NCBI GenBank assembly: GCA_040905565.1
Contig: JBBDRF010000078.1
Location: 1 to 64,000, forward strand
Length of the DNA: 64,000 nt
Source of the DNA: Phycisphaeraceae bacterium
Lineage (GTDB): Bacteria > Planctomycetota > Phycisphaerae > Phycisphaerales > Zrk34
Direction of reading: 5' to 3'
Within the stretch, counting starts at the first letter, position 1. Each line of letters starts with the position of its first letter. The translations under genes and the position numbers were made by a program. Below, in pieces: positions 20,419 through 31,304 of the stretch. The notes beneath the pieces are model-generated. The model saw only the letters and a list, made by a program, of their open reading frames with translations. It was not told the DNA's origin and made no database searches.

Positions 20419-21297
20419 GTGACACCGACGGAAAAGCAGCATCGCGCGAAGCGCCGGCGGGCCGCTGTGAGGCACGCCGTGTTTACCCGCGCGCCGAACC
20501 AGTTGATGCGCGGGCTGCTGAGTCGGGTGAGGCCGGGCAAGGATTTCTGCCTGAATCGCCGAACGATCCTCCTTGATGATCTGCCCGATGAGCTGTGTGG
20601 GCTGACGATTACGCACCTGTCGGATCTGCATGTGGGCGAGTTGATGACGCCCGAACACCTGCCGCACATCGTCGAAGCGGTGAACACGATGGGTAGCGAT
20701 ATCGTCGCGGTGACCGGCGATTTTATCGACTATTCCAACGAATACGTGCCTGCTGTGGTGGAGGCGATGAAGCAGTTGCAGGCTCCGCTGGGCGTGTACC
20801 ACGTGCTGGGCAACCATGACTATCTGCACGACGCGAAGCCATTGAAGGATGCGTTCCATGAGGCGGGGCTGAACCTGCTGCTGGATGATGTGGTGACGAT
20901 CAAACATGAGGACCGCCGGATCGCGATCGGCGGCACCGACTGGGCCCGGGCGGGCAGCACGATCTCCAGGCACGTTCGCAAGACAGCCCGGAAAATGCCG
21001 CGGAACGATCTGTCGCTTCTACTCGCTCATCATCCGCATTCGTTCGACGCAGCTTGCGCCTGCGGCATCGACCTCACGCTTTCCGGGCACACGCACGGCG
21101 GGCAGTTGCTGCTTTCGAAGAAGCGGGGGGCGAAGGGGTCGATCGGGCTGGCGAACCTCGGCTTCAAGTACACACGCGGCCACTATCGACGGGGCGCGAG
21201 TAACCTGTTCATCTCGTCGGGCGTGGGGTCATGGTTCCCGCTGCGGTTTCGCTGCCCGGCGGAGATCACGGTGCTTGAGCTTCAGAATACGTATTGA
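20419..21297 (+). CDS. Metallophosphoesterase (YkuE/YaeI-like)
   Basis: SDLH, TGD, GNHD and SGHTHGGQ motifs; start uncertain. Confidence 0.85.
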   Translation: MTPTEKQHRAKRRRAAVRHAVFTRAPNQLMRGLLSRVRPGKDFCLNRRTILLDDLPDELCGLTITHLSDLHVGELMTPEHLPHIVEAVNTMGSDIVAVTGDFIDYSNEYVPAVVEAMKQLQAPLGVYHVLGNHDYLHDAKPLKDAFHEAGLNLLLDDVVTIKHEDRRIAIGGTDWARAGSTISRHVRKTARKMPRNDLSLLLAHHPHSFDAACACGIDLTLSGHTHGGQLLLSKKRGAKGSIGLANLGFKYTRGHYRRGASNLFISSGVGSWFPLRFRCPAEITVLELQNTY

Positions 21298-21346
21298 GAT
21301 GCGTGCCGGGTTACGGGCGCGATGTCGCTGGGGGAAGTGGGGGGGT

Positions 21347-21368
21347 GGCGATTTTTGATCGCCCGCTA
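21347..21368 (-). repeat. REP-like repeat, family C copy 2
   Basis: Reads TAGCGGGCGATCAAAAATCGCC on -; its TAG is the MMPL stop codon. Confidence 0.75.
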
Positions 21369-24101
21369 ACTGCTGCCCCATTGGCGTTTTCGTTTTAGGA
21401 CGTGGTAGCGGTTGCGTAGTTCGAGCAGTGCGGGGAGGACGGTGAGGCATGCGAGGAGTGTCATGGCGACACCGACGGCGATGACGAAGCCGAGGCCTCG
21501 GATGCCGCGGTGGGAGGCGAGCATGAGCGAGGCGAAGGCGATGATCGTGGTGAGGTTGGTGAGCACGATGCCCTTGCCCGTGCCGGCGCTGAGGCCGAGC
21601 GGCCTGGCGTAACGGCTCTGCTGATAGCGGTGGAGGATGTGGACACCGCTGGCGACGCCGATGCCGAAGAGCAGGGGCAGCGCGATGATGTTGGCGGGGT
21701 TGATGGTGACGCCGGCGGCGTACATGGCGCCGAACATCATCACGAACCCGAGTGTGACGGGCACCATGCAGAGCAGGGCGTCGAGGGGCTTGAGGAAATC
21801 GAGGTAGACCAGCAGCAGGACGACGACGAAGGCGAGGATGCCGACGAACAGGTAGCTGTTGCGGATGAGTCGGCCTGATTCGTAGATCTGGATGGGGACG
21901 CCGGTGACGTTCGGGTCGATCTGGCGTAAGGCGTCGACGAAGTCCTGCATGTGCTGTTGTTCCCAGACGTCTTGCTTGGGGAACAGTTCGATGACGTATT
22001 GAGTGGGCTCGGTTTTGCTGACGGATCGGCGGAGGACGTAGGCGGGCAGATCGTCGACGGCGAGGGGGCGGGGCGAGATGGCGTCGGCGGTCATCTGGCG
22101 GATGGTGGCCTGCGTGGCGGCGAAGAAGCCGTTGAGCGCGGTGAGGCGTGCGTCGGCCTCGGCGGTGAAGTCGGGCTGATTCATGACATCGAGCGCGCGG
22201 CGTGTGGCGGCGGAGAGGGTGGTCAGCGCGGCGTGGATGATGGGCTGCTCACGCACCTCGCGGCGGCCCGAGCCGATGGCGGTGCCGACGGCGAGGGCGT
22301 TGAGCTGACGGAAGAGTTGGTCGGGCGTGGTCCCGGTAAGCGCGTCTGAAGTGTTGCGTGTGAGCGATTCGCCGAGGTCTTCGCGGACGTCGGCGGCGAG
22401 GGCATGTTTGGCCGTGGCATCGAGCGGAAAGAGCATCCCGATGCCGCCGACGCTGTTGATGACCGGCAGCTGGCGGAAAGCTTCGGTGCGGGCGCGGGCT
22501 TCGTCGAGATTGTCGGTGATGGAGACGGCGGACCAGACGGCTTCGCTGCTGTGATCCATCACGACCTGCTGCCAGTGGACGGATTCGAGGTTCTCGGGGT
22601 AGAGGTCCATCAGGTTGTTGTCGTAGCCGACTTCGGAGGCGACGGCCGCGGCAAGCAGTACGGGAACGGCGGCGAGGCAGAGGGTCAGGCCGGGCCTGCG
22701 GACGACGGGCATGAGCCATCCCTGGGCGTGCATATCCACGGTGCGGACATCGGCGGCGGCGACATCGCGATGGCCTGCGTGAAGGAGCACGAGCAGCGCG
22801 GGGAGGACGCTGAGCATGGCGATCATGCACAGCAGCACGCCGAGCCCGGCGATGAGGCCCATCTCGGCCATGCCCTGGAAGTCGGTCAGCAGCGTGACGC
22901 CGAATGCCACGGCGGTGGTGACGGCTCCGGTGAGGATGCCCGGGCCGGTATGCTGGACGGTGTTGAGGACGGCCTGGCGTGCGCCGGCGCGGTCGTCACT
23001 GAAGCGATGACGGACGAGTTCGAATCGGCTGACGAGGTGGATGCCGAAGTCGATCCCGAGGCCGAGGAGGATGACGGTGAAGAAGACGGACAGCAGCTGG
23101 AGATGGCCGATGAACAGCGTGAGCGCGCCGAAGCTCCACGCGACGCCGACGGCGAGGGAGATGACCATGAGCAGGGGCGCACGCCAACCGTGGAAGGCGA
23201 CGAGCAGGAGGACGACGATGGCGATGACCGCGACGATGGAGGCGAGGGTGGAATCTTTGACGAGGACGGCCGCTTCGTCGGCTTCGAGGACGGGGATGCC
23301 TGTGAGGCCGGCGTCGATGTGGGGCATCTCGGCGCGGGCGGCGGCGATGTGGCCCCGCACCGCAGCGACGGCCTGCTCGTAGGGATCAAGTTCCTCAAGC
23401 TGACCGCGTGCTTCGATCTGGACGAACATGAGGGCGCCGTCGCCGCTTTCGAGGTACTGCCAGCGGTCGGCTTCGGGCAGCAGAAGCTGGTCGATCTCCG
23501 CTTCGCTGAGCTGCCCGAGCAGGCCTTGCTCGATCATTTCGACGAGCTGGGTGAGCTGATCGATCTGGGCGACGGCCTGCTCGGGCGTGATCGCTTCAGC
23601 ATCCTCGGCATCGGCGAGGGAAGAGGTGGCGCGGGCGAGTAGATCGCTGACGCTGGTGGCCTGGAGCAGGAGCTGGGACTGCTTTAACTGTTCAAGCCGC
23701 GTTTCGAAGTCCTCGAGAGGAAGCAGACGCATGAGCTTGGGCGTGGCTTCGATGCGGTGCCAGACGCGGTCGACGTGGTCGGTATCGGATTCGAGACGGC
23801 TGGCGAGTTGATCGACGAAGGCTTTGGCGCGGGCGGGGCCTGCTTCGCTGGGCGGCACGCGGACGACGGCGATGAGTTCATTGTGACCGGCGAAACGGTC
23901 GGCGTAAGCCATGTACCGCTGATTCCAGTCGAGCGAGTCGCTGAGCAGATCGTTGCGGTTGGACTGGAAGGTGAGCGAGCCGGCGGTGAGGGCGACGGAC
24001 GCGATCGCCATAAGTATCGTGATCGCGAGCACCTTGATCGGATGCTCGCAGACCACGGTGGCCCATCGTTGTAGTAGCACCCGTCGTGCGGCGTTGAACA
24101 T
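21366..24101 (-). CDS. MMPL/RND family transporter (HpnN-like)
   Basis: Two RND repeats, GLGIDFGIH and LLFGIGV motifs, large periplasmic loops. Confidence 0.88.
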   Translation of the reverse strand: MFNAARRVLLQRWATVVCEHPIKVLAITILMAIASVALTAGSLTFQSNRNDLLSDSLDWNQRYMAYADRFAGHNELIAVVRVPPSEAGPARAKAFVDQLASRLESDTDHVDRVWHRIEATPKLMRLLPLEDFETRLEQLKQSQLLLQATSVSDLLARATSSLADAEDAEAITPEQAVAQIDQLTQLVEMIEQGLLGQLSEAEIDQLLLPEADRWQYLESGDGALMFVQIEARGQLEELDPYEQAVAAVRGHIAAARAEMPHIDAGLTGIPVLEADEAAVLVKDSTLASIVAVIAIVVLLLVAFHGWRAPLLMVISLAVGVAWSFGALTLFIGHLQLLSVFFTVILLGLGIDFGIHLVSRFELVRHRFSDDRAGARQAVLNTVQHTGPGILTGAVTTAVAFGVTLLTDFQGMAEMGLIAGLGVLLCMIAMLSVLPALLVLLHAGHRDVAAADVRTVDMHAQGWLMPVVRRPGLTLCLAAVPVLLAAAVASEVGYDNNLMDLYPENLESVHWQQVVMDHSSEAVWSAVSITDNLDEARARTEAFRQLPVINSVGGIGMLFPLDATAKHALAADVREDLGESLTRNTSDALTGTTPDQLFRQLNALAVGTAIGSGRREVREQPIIHAALTTLSAATRRALDVMNQPDFTAEADARLTALNGFFAATQATIRQMTADAISPRPLAVDDLPAYVLRRSVSKTEPTQYVIELFPKQDVWEQQHMQDFVDALRQIDPNVTGVPIQIYESGRLIRNSYLFVGILAFVVVLLLVYLDFLKPLDALLCMVPVTLGFVMMFGAMYAAGVTINPANIIALPLLFGIGVASGVHILHRYQQSRYARPLGLSAGTGKGIVLTNLTTIIAFASLMLASHRGIRGLGFVIAVGVAMTLLACLTVLPALLELRNRYHVLKRKRQWGSS

Positions 24102-24280
24102 GAGGGGGAGATTCCTTTTGGGGGGGCGGCTGCGTATCTGACTCGACCGGCACGATCGCGTCAACCGGAGCGGTGATTCGGGAGGGGCCGCTGACGGCGT
24201 GCGGTGATGTGCTATGATATTTGCTCGGCCGCGCGGCCGGGATGTGATGAGTTAACTCGCTAGAGGATTGTTGAGGCGTC

Positions 24281-25759
24281 ATGCTTGATTCGCTGAGTGA
24301 TAGATTTTCAGGGGTGTTCCGCAAGCTTTCGGGCCGGGGCAAGATCACGGAGGAGAACATCCGTGAGGCGATGCATGAGGTGCGCGTGGCGCTGCTGGAG
24401 GCGGACGTTCATTACGACGTCGCCAACGATTTTGTCGACAGCGTGGTGGACAAGGCGATCGGTCAGGAAGTGCTGACGTCGCTGCGGCCGAGCCAGCAGA
24501 TGATCAAGATCGTGCATGATGAGCTGGTCGATCTGATGGGGCCGGTCGATACGCACATCATGTACGTGCAGCCGGGGCCGACGGTGTTGATGATGTGCGG
24601 GCTTCAAGGCTCGGGCAAGACGACAACCTGCGGCAAGCTGGCGGCCTACCTGAAAAAGAAGGGCAAGAACGTGATGCTGGCCGCGGCGGACCTTCAGCGC
24701 CCCGCGGCGGTGGAGCAGCTTCGCACGCTGACCGATCAGGTGAACGAGGAAGTCGGCGGCGGTGGGGCGGTCCACTTCTACGGCGAACCGGAACGCGTGG
24801 CGGAGTACGGCAAAGCGGTGGGCGCGGCGGTGAAGGTGTGCCGAAATGCTGTGAAGGCGGGCAAGAAGTCCGGCATGGACGTGGTGATTCTCGACACGGC
24901 CGGCCGACTGCATGTCAACGATGCGCTGATGGACGAACTGCGGCAGGTGCATCGGGCCGTGACGCCTCACCAGATCTACCTGGTGATCGATGCGATGACC
25001 GGGCAGGACGCGGTGAACAGTGCGAAAGCCTTCAACGAACAGCTCGAACTCGACGGCGTGGTGCTGACAAAGACCGATTCGGACACGCGCGGCGGGGCGG
25101 CGCTCAGCGTGAAGCAGGTGACGGGCAAGCCGATCAAGTTCGTCGGCACGGGCGAGAAGCTCGACGGGCTGGAGGAGTTTCACCCGGATCGCATGGCCAG
25201 TCGCATCCTCGGCATGGGTGATGTGGTTTCACTCGTGGAGAAGGCGCAGGAGCAGGTCAGCGAGGAGGAGGCGGAGCGGCTGCAGGAGAAGATGGCGGCT
25301 GGGAAGATGACGATGGACGACTTCCTGGGGCAGCTGCGGTCGATCCGCAAGATGGGTTCGATGAAGATGCTGCTGGGCATGCTGCCGGGCGTGGGCAAGC
25401 AGCTTAAGGATCTGGATCTGGATGATCGCGAGCTTGACCGCACCGAGGCGCTGATTCAGTCGATGACCAAAGTTGAGCGGGCCGATGCCGATGTGCTGAC
25501 GCAAAGCCGACGCAGGCGGATTGCGCGCGGCTCGGGGGCGAAGCCTGAGGATGTGGGGCGGCTGGTCAAGAGCTTTTCGATGGTGCAGGGGATGACCAAG
25601 AAGATGTCGGGGATGAACCCGATGCAGCGCATGCGCGCGATGGGCGGCATGGGCAAAGGCGCCGAGGCGGGGGCCGGCGGCATGGGGGGCATGGGCGGGC
25701 TGAAGACCAAGCAACGCTCGAAGCGGAAGCGGAAGGATCGCAAGAAGAAAAGCCGGTGA
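24281..25759 (+). CDS. ffh: Signal recognition particle protein
   Basis: GLQGSGKTT, DTAGR, GGAALS and RILGMGD motifs; Met-rich M domain. Confidence 0.98.
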   Translation: MLDSLSDRFSGVFRKLSGRGKITEENIREAMHEVRVALLEADVHYDVANDFVDSVVDKAIGQEVLTSLRPSQQMIKIVHDELVDLMGPVDTHIMYVQPGPTVLMMCGLQGSGKTTTCGKLAAYLKKKGKNVMLAAADLQRPAAVEQLRTLTDQVNEEVGGGGAVHFYGEPERVAEYGKAVGAAVKVCRNAVKAGKKSGMDVVILDTAGRLHVNDALMDELRQVHRAVTPHQIYLVIDAMTGQDAVNSAKAFNEQLELDGVVLTKTDSDTRGGAALSVKQVTGKPIKFVGTGEKLDGLEEFHPDRMASRILGMGDVVSLVEKAQEQVSEEEAERLQEKMAAGKMTMDDFLGQLRSIRKMGSMKMLLGMLPGVGKQLKDLDLDDRELDRTEALIQSMTKVERADADVLTQSRRRRIARGSGAKPEDVGRLVKSFSMVQGMTKKMSGMNPMQRMRAMGGMGKGAEAGAGGMGGMGGLKTKQRSKRKRKDRKKKSR

Positions 25760-25809
25760 AACGCGCCGACGTCCGCAGGTCCTCTCGATCTCTGTTACGG
25801 AAGTAAACG

Positions 25810-27582
25810 ATGAACGAACCGGCGAAGCGGAGTCTGTCGAGTCGAGGCGGGGTGACGCTGGCGATCGTGGTGGTAAGCCTGGTCGCGGCGCTATTGGTGG
25901 GGAATCTTTCGGAGCCGACGTGGACGACGCAGGCGGTGCCGCTGGATGTGCAGGAGGATGAGGCGGGGGAGGCGTACGTCGGGGCTGACGATGAGCGGGA
26001 GTATCTGGATGAGGTGGTGGCGTGGGAGGAATCGGCATTGCATCCGGATCGGCTCGCGGCCGAGATGGCGGAGGGCGAGGAGCCGGCGCAAAGCGAGCAG
26101 GTGGTGGTGCGGCAGGAGCAGGTGGGCGGTGAAACAGTCGACCGATACTACCGGCTGACGGCGATGCGGCATCTGGGGCTTTGGTCACTGTTGCCGGCTG
26201 CGGTGGCGATCGTGCTTTGCCTGATGACGCGGGAGCCGTTGACGAGCCTGGCGGGGGCGATCGTGGTCGGGGCGCTGATGCTTGGGCAATACGATCTGAC
26301 GGGCGTGCTGGTCGAACGGCTGGGCACGCCGAGTGCCGCCGGGATTCTCGTGCTCTATCTATGGTTACTCGGCGGGCTGCTGGGGATCTGGTCGCGCACC
26401 GGGGCAGCGCAGGCTTTTGCGGAAATGATGACGGCGAAATTCGTCCGCGGCCCGAGGACGGCGAAGCTCTCCGCGTGGTTACTCGGCGTGCTGTTCTTCC
26501 AGGGCGGCACGATGAGCACCGTGCTGGTGGGCACGTCGGTCAAGCCGATTTCGGACAAGGAACGCATCAGCCACGAGGAGCTTTCTTACATCGTGGATTC
26601 GACCGCTTCGCCGATCGCTTCGGTGCTGGCGTTCAATGCGTGGCCGGCCTACGTGGCGGGCTTCCTGTTCGTGCCCGGCGTGGCATTCCTGGCGACGGAT
26701 GCCGACCGGCTGGCGTTCTTCTTCGCGAGCGTGCCGCTGAGTTTCTACGGCATATTCGCGGTACTGGGCACGTTCCTGCTGTGCATGGACAAAGCGCCGA
26801 TCCTCGGCAGCCAGTTCCGCCGGGCGATCAAACGGGCGCGCGAGACGGGGGAACTTGACGCTCACGACGCTTCGCCGCTGAGCAGTAAAGAGCTTGAGAA
26901 GCCGAAGGTGCCCGAGGGGTATCGGCCGAATGTGGCGGACTTCTTCGTGCCGTTGCTGGCGTTGATCGGCATCGCGATCGGCACGTTCATGGTGATGGGT
27001 TCGCCCCAGGTGCTGTGGGCGTTCGGCTCGGCGGTGGTCATCGCGGGGGTGATGGCGCTGGCGCGGGGCATGTCGCTGGCGAATGTGATGGACGGCTTCG
27101 GCGAAGGACTCAAGGGCGTGGTCTACGCCTCGGTCATCCTGATGCTGGCGATCACGATCGGCATGGTCAGCGAGCAGACCGGCGGGGGCATCTACCTCGT
27201 CGACCTGCTCGGCGAGCGGATTCCGCCCGTCCTGCTGCCGCTGGCGCTGCTGGGGCTGAGCGTGATCATCGCCTTCTCCACCGGCACGAGTTTCGGCACC
27301 TATGCCGTGGCGTTTCCGCTGGTGATGCCGCTGGCCTGGGCGGTGGCGACTTCGGCCGAGCTGGCCAATCCCGAACTGTTCATGATGATCTGTTTCGCCA
27401 CCGTGCTCAACGGCGCAGTCTACGGCGACCAGTGCTCGCCCATCTCCGACACGACCATCCTCAGCTCAATGACCAGCGGTGCGGACCTGATGGACCACGT
27501 GAAAACACAGATCATTCCCGCAACCGCAGCCGTCACCCTGGCGGCGATTCTCTGGACGGCGATGGTGGTCGTGCTGGTGTGA
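25810..27582 (+). CDS. NhaC family Na+/H+ antiporter-like transporter
   Basis: [22 protein letters not shown] and [15 protein letters not shown] motifs. Confidence 0.85.
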   Translation: MNEPAKRSLSSRGGVTLAIVVVSLVAALLVGNLSEPTWTTQAVPLDVQEDEAGEAYVGADDEREYLDEVVAWEESALHPDRLAAEMAEGEEPAQSEQVVVRQEQVGGETVDRYYRLTAMRHLGLWSLLPAAVAIVLCLMTREPLTSLAGAIVVGALMLGQYDLTGVLVERLGTPSAAGILVLYLWLLGGLLGIWSRTGAAQAFAEMMTAKFVRGPRTAKLSAWLLGVLFFQGGTMSTVLVGTSVKPISDKERISHEELSYIVDSTASPIASVLAFNAWPAYVAGFLFVPGVAFLATDADRLAFFFASVPLSFYGIFAVLGTFLLCMDKAPILGSQFRRAIKRARETGELDAHDASPLSSKELEKPKVPEGYRPNVADFFVPLLALIGIAIGTFMVMGSPQVLWAFGSAVVIAGVMALARGMSLANVMDGFGEGLKGVVYASVILMLAITIGMVSEQTGGGIYLVDLLGERIPPVLLPLALLGLSVIIAFSTGTSFGTYAVAFPLVMPLAWAVATSAELANPELFMMICFATVLNGAVYGDQCSPISDTTILSSMTSGADLMDHVKTQIIPATAAVTLAAILWTAMVVVLV

Positions 27583-27625
27583 GACTCGACGCCGAGGACG
27601 ACCGCACGTCTCACACATACGTCAC

Positions 27626-27652
27626 AAAAGAGCCGGGCTCTTCACAGCCCGG
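27626..27652 (-). terminator. Putative terminator of the DUF1501 operon
   Basis: CCGGGCT/AGCCCGG stem followed on - by CTCTTTT. Confidence 0.55.
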
Positions 27653-27692
27653 AAAGTCGCCCTGTACTTCGATCTGTTTTCCACACTTCAGC

Positions 27693-27720
27693 CGGACGGT
27701 CGCTTACGCTTCCCGCTCGC
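27693..27720 (-). repeat. REP-like repeat, family B copy 3
   Basis: Reverse complement reads GCGAGCGGGAAGCGTAAGCGACCGTCCG. Confidence 0.8.
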
Positions 27721-27741
27721 CAAGGCACGAGGTGGCGGGCC

Positions 27742-30700
27742 TCATGGTAGCAGCTGCGTGTACTGCGTTTGAAGCTGTTCGAACTGCGCTTCAAACTCAG
27801 CCAGTGCGGCGACGGCCTGTTCACGCCGGGTTCGGGCGGCGGTGCGTTCTTCCTCGGCTTCGGTGAGCGCCGCCTCGGCCTCGGCGATGCGTGTCGGCGC
27901 TTCCTCAAGCTTCTGACGCAGGTCGGCGAGCGTGGCACGCGTCGCTTGCAGTGCCTCCGCGGCGGCGGTGTGCTCGGCCTCCTTGGCTGAGGCCTCGGCG
28001 GTCGCGGTCTCGAGCTTCTTACCGGTGGCGGCGACGCTTTCACGAGCGGCGGTCAGGGCGGCCATCGTCTCGGCCAGCGCCATCTCCCGGGCTGCGAGCG
28101 CGACGGCTGCTTCCTCGTGGGCGGTCTGGGCAGTCTGACGCGCGGCTGCCAGTTCGTCCCGCCGTTTCTGATGCGTCTCGACCGAGGCGACGGCTTCGGC
28201 CGCGGACTGCTGAGCGGCGGCCATCGTTTCGGTCAGCTTCGCGATCGGTGCCTCGGCTGCGACCACTGCCTCTTTGAGCGGCGGCAGGGCAGCTTCGTGC
28301 TCGGCCAGCTCGCCCGCAAGGGCGGTGCGGCGGGCTTCATGCTCAGTGATGCGGCCCGGCAGTGCTTCCTGCTCGGCCTGCAATGCGGCGAGTTCGGCAG
28401 CGGCCGCTTCACGTTTGGTCGCAGCGTCGGCGAAATTCTCCGCGAGCGGCTGCCTGGCGTGCGTCAGTTCCTGCACGCGGGCTTCAAGCGTGTCACGCTC
28501 AGCCTGATGCTGGGCGACGGCTTCTTCATCAACGGGGTCCGCTTCACGGGCGGCGGCGAGGCGGGCGTCGGCTTGATCACGAGCAGCCTTCGCTTCGGTC
28601 AGCTTCTGATCATGGGCCGCGAGCGCGGCCTTGCTTGTTTCGACGGCTTCCGCGAGCGGCTGCATGCTCTGCTGAACCTGCGTAATTTTTTCGGGGAGCG
28701 CAGCCAACGTCTGCCGCGACTGCTCCAGCGTACGCCCCGCTTCGTCACGGCTGGCGCGGGTGGCGGCGACCGCTTGCTGCTTGGCTTGAACGGCCTCGCG
28801 TGCGGCGGCCACCTGCTGCTGTTGCTTTTCAAGCTTGGCGGTTGCTTCGGCGTGCGCGGCCTTCTGGCGCTCGGCCATCGCCCGCGCATCGGCCAAGGCT
28901 GGGAGGGATGCGTCGTAGGCAGTGTTGGCCTTTTCGACCGTGGCGAGAGCCTCGGTGACGGCGGCGGCTGCGGCTTCCTTCTGCTGCGTCTGCTCGGTCG
29001 AGGCGGCTTCGTGAGCGGCAACCTGCTCGGTGTAACGCGCGAGCATCGCTTCGGCCTGCTGCTGAGCTGTGCGAGCTGCGTCGCGTGCGGCGGTGGCTTC
29101 CGTGTTGGCCTGCTCGGCCTCGGCGACGGCGGCCTCGGCGGGGCCGATCTTTTCCTTCAGTGCGTCGGGTTCCGTCCGCAGCTGCGCCAACTGCTGCTCC
29201 GCTTGCTGGTGCGCCTGCTCAGCCTGCTCGAGAACGATCTCCGCGACTTCCTGCTCTTCGGTGTGCGCGTCGAGTTCGTCCTTGGCGTAATAGATTTGAG
29301 TGAAGACCTTGGCGGCTTCAAGGCGGGCGACCTCACGCTCATGGCCTGCGATCGTGCTGGCGATCTGATCGATCGGCTGATTCTCCTGCTGCACCTGCTC
29401 AAGCTTCTGCGCGAGCGCGGGCAGTTGTTCGGCATCGATCTGGGCGATCTTGGCGTTCAGGTCACGATGCTCGTGGTAGAGGGCCTGGCGATCCTTGATC
29501 AGGGCGAGGTGCTTGGCGTCGAGATCGTTGATCTTGGCGAGGTGTGCCTCGAATGCAGGAGGGTTGCCCCCGTGCTTGAGGGCGGGAGCGGCCAGGCGAG
29601 CTTGATCGAGTTCTTCCTGAAGCGTGGCGGCGCGTTCGGCGAGGGCATCGTCGGTGCGATCATTTTTGGCCACGTCGGTGGTGAACTGTTCCCGCTGCTC
29701 GTTGGCGGCGTCGATTTCCTGCTGGACCTGAGCGACACGGTCGCGGGCGGCGGCGATGTCGGCGTCGAAGCTGGGATGTTCTTCACGCACGGCGGCGATG
29801 GCGGTGCGCTGCTGGGCGATGCGCTGGTCGATGGTGGGGGGGTTGGGCGAGAGATCGGCGACGTGCTCGCCGCTTTCGATGTCGTAGATGCGGATCTTGC
29901 CTGCGAAGTCGCCGACGATGGCGCGGGTGCCTTCGTGGTTGAAGGCGGACTGGAGGGCGAGGTCGTCGGTGGGGCCGAAGTTGTGCTGTTCGCCGCCTTC
30001 GGTGTTCCAGACTTTGATGCGATTGTCGCGGCCGGTGGTGACGAGCCTGCCGTCGTGCGTGAAGCGGACGTCGGTGACGCCGGGGCCGTGGGCGTTGATG
30101 GCGCGGAGCTGGGTGCCGTTGATCATGTTCCAGATTCGGACGGTGCCGTCTTCGCTGGCGGAAGCGAAGGCGTTGGCGTCGGAGCGCCAGGCGACGGCGG
30201 TGATGGCGCCGCGGTGGCCGTCGAGGGAGTAGAACGGTTTGCCGGTGTGCGCTTCCCAGACGTGGAGGGCGCCGCTGCGGTCGCCGGTGGCGAGCAGGAC
30301 GTCGTCGGGGCTGTAGGCGATGGCCTGGACCCAGTCGGTATGCTTTTTGATGTTGTAGGCGTCTTCGCCGGTGGAGGTCTCGAACGCGCGGACGATCTGG
30401 CCGGGCCCGCCGACGGCGATGCGCGCCTGGTCGGCGGTGATGTCGGCGGCGAGGACGGTGTCGTATTCATCGCCGACGCTGGTGACGCGGCGGCCGGTCT
30501 CGACATCGTAAAGCACGGCGAGGCCGACGCGCGCCCCGTAGCCGCCGCCGACGAGCAGGAACCGACCGTTGCGGCTGAACCGCAGCGACTCGGGCATGCC
30601 CTCGGGGAAGGGGAGGATGCCGAGCAGTTCGGCGGTGTCGGTGTTGTACAGGACGACCTGGCGAAGCGAGCCGACCGCCAGCAGCGGAGCCCAGGGGCTG

Positions 30701-31251
30701 TGCGCCATGGAAGTGACGGCGTTGGGCCGAGGCGTGGTGAGGACCGGTTCCTCGAGCACGGTGTCGGGCATCGGCGGCGGCCCGTCGGGCCTGCCTGCGG
30801 ACGGCGCGGGCAGCGAAAGATCAAGGCTTTGCCGGCGGACGGGAATGGCGTCGCCGTCCGCGGTTTCACGCATGCCTGATGCGATCCACTCACGCAGCGT
30901 GGCGAGCTGCTCGTCGGGCATCTTCGGCCCGCGCGGGGGCATGGAGGGCTCTTCGATGTGCGCGGTCACCAGGTAGAGCTTTGAAGAATCCGGCTGACCG
31001 GGTTCGACGATCGGCCCACCGGAGGAGCCGGCCATGAGGGCGCTAAAGGTGGTGAGATCGAGGTCCGCACGCAGATCGTTCGCGTTGTGACAGTTGAAAC
31101 AGTGCTCACGGAAGATCGGCTGGATGTGGTCCTGGAAGTTGATCTTGTCTTCCGCCATCGCGTTCGTCGGCAGCAGTGCTGCGGCTGCGGGCAGCAGCAG
31201 GAAGCGACCAGGGCGTGGAGCGTGGCGGCGTAGGGTGGCGATCCAGTTCAT
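27742..31251 (-). CDS. Planctomycete cytochrome c domain + WD40 propeller + long coiled coil
   Basis: Signal peptide, CFNCH heme motif, GH..WD-type repeats, about 700 aa A/E/Q-rich C-terminus. Confidence 0.85.
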   Translation of the reverse strand: MNWIATLRRHAPRPGRFLLLPAAAALLPTNAMAEDKINFQDHIQPIFREHCFNCHNANDLRADLDLTTFSALMAGSSGGPIVEPGQPDSSKLYLVTAHIEEPSMPPRGPKMPDEQLATLREWIASGMRETADGDAIPVRRQSLDLSLPAPSAGRPDGPPPMPDTVLEEPVLTTPRPNAVTSMAHSPWAPLLAVGSLRQVVLYNTDTAELLGILPFPEGMPESLRFSRNGRFLLVGGGYGARVGLAVLYDVETGRRVTSVGDEYDTVLAADITADQARIAVGGPGQIVRAFETSTGEDAYNIKKHTDWVQAIAYSPDDVLLATGDRSGALHVWEAHTGKPFYSLDGHRGAITAVAWRSDANAFASASEDGTVRIWNMINGTQLRAINAHGPGVTDVRFTHDGRLVTTGRDNRIKVWNTEGGEQHNFGPTDDLALQSAFNHEGTRAIVGDFAGKIRIYDIESGEHVADLSPNPPTIDQRIAQQRTAIAAVREEHPSFDADIAAARDRVAQVQQEIDAANEQREQFTTDVAKNDRTDDALAERAATLQEELDQARLAAPALKHGGNPPAFEAHLAKINDLDAKHLALIKDRQALYHEHRDLNAKIAQIDAEQLPALAQKLEQVQQENQPIDQIASTIAGHEREVARLEAAKVFTQIYYAKDELDAHTEEQEVAEIVLEQAEQAHQQAEQQLAQLRTEPDALKEKIGPAEAAVAEAEQANTEATAARDAARTAQQQAEAMLARYTEQVAAHEAASTEQTQQKEAAAAAVTEALATVEKANTAYDASLPALADARAMAERQKAAHAEATAKLEKQQQQVAAAREAVQAKQQAVAATRASRDEAGRTLEQSRQTLAALPEKITQVQQSMQPLAEAVETSKAALAAHDQKLTEAKAARDQADARLAAAREADPVDEEAVAQHQAERDTLEARVQELTHARQPLAENFADAATKREAAAAELAALQAEQEALPGRITEHEARRTALAGELAEHEAALPPLKEAVVAAEAPIAKLTETMAAAQQSAAEAVASVETHQKRRDELAAARQTAQTAHEEAAVALAAREMALAETMAALTAARESVAATGKKLETATAEASAKEAEHTAAAEALQATRATLADLRQKLEEAPTRIAEAEAALTEAEEERTAARTRREQAVAALAEFEAQFEQLQTQYTQLLP

Positions 31252-31304
31252 ACGGAACTCACTTTGATTCGACGGCAGACCGGCTGGTTCACAGGCGGGG
31301 CCGA

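Noticed and set aside
12224..27720. CRISPR array from the 29-nt repeats
   Set aside because: Copies are kilobases apart and on both strands, with no spacer periodicity and no cas genes
28117..30879. 920-aa plus-strand ORF and similar long antisense ORFs (e.g. 14362-15909, 34642-36291, 58575-60260)
   Set aside because: Typical stop-poor antisense frames of high-GC coding genes, with no recognisable motifs
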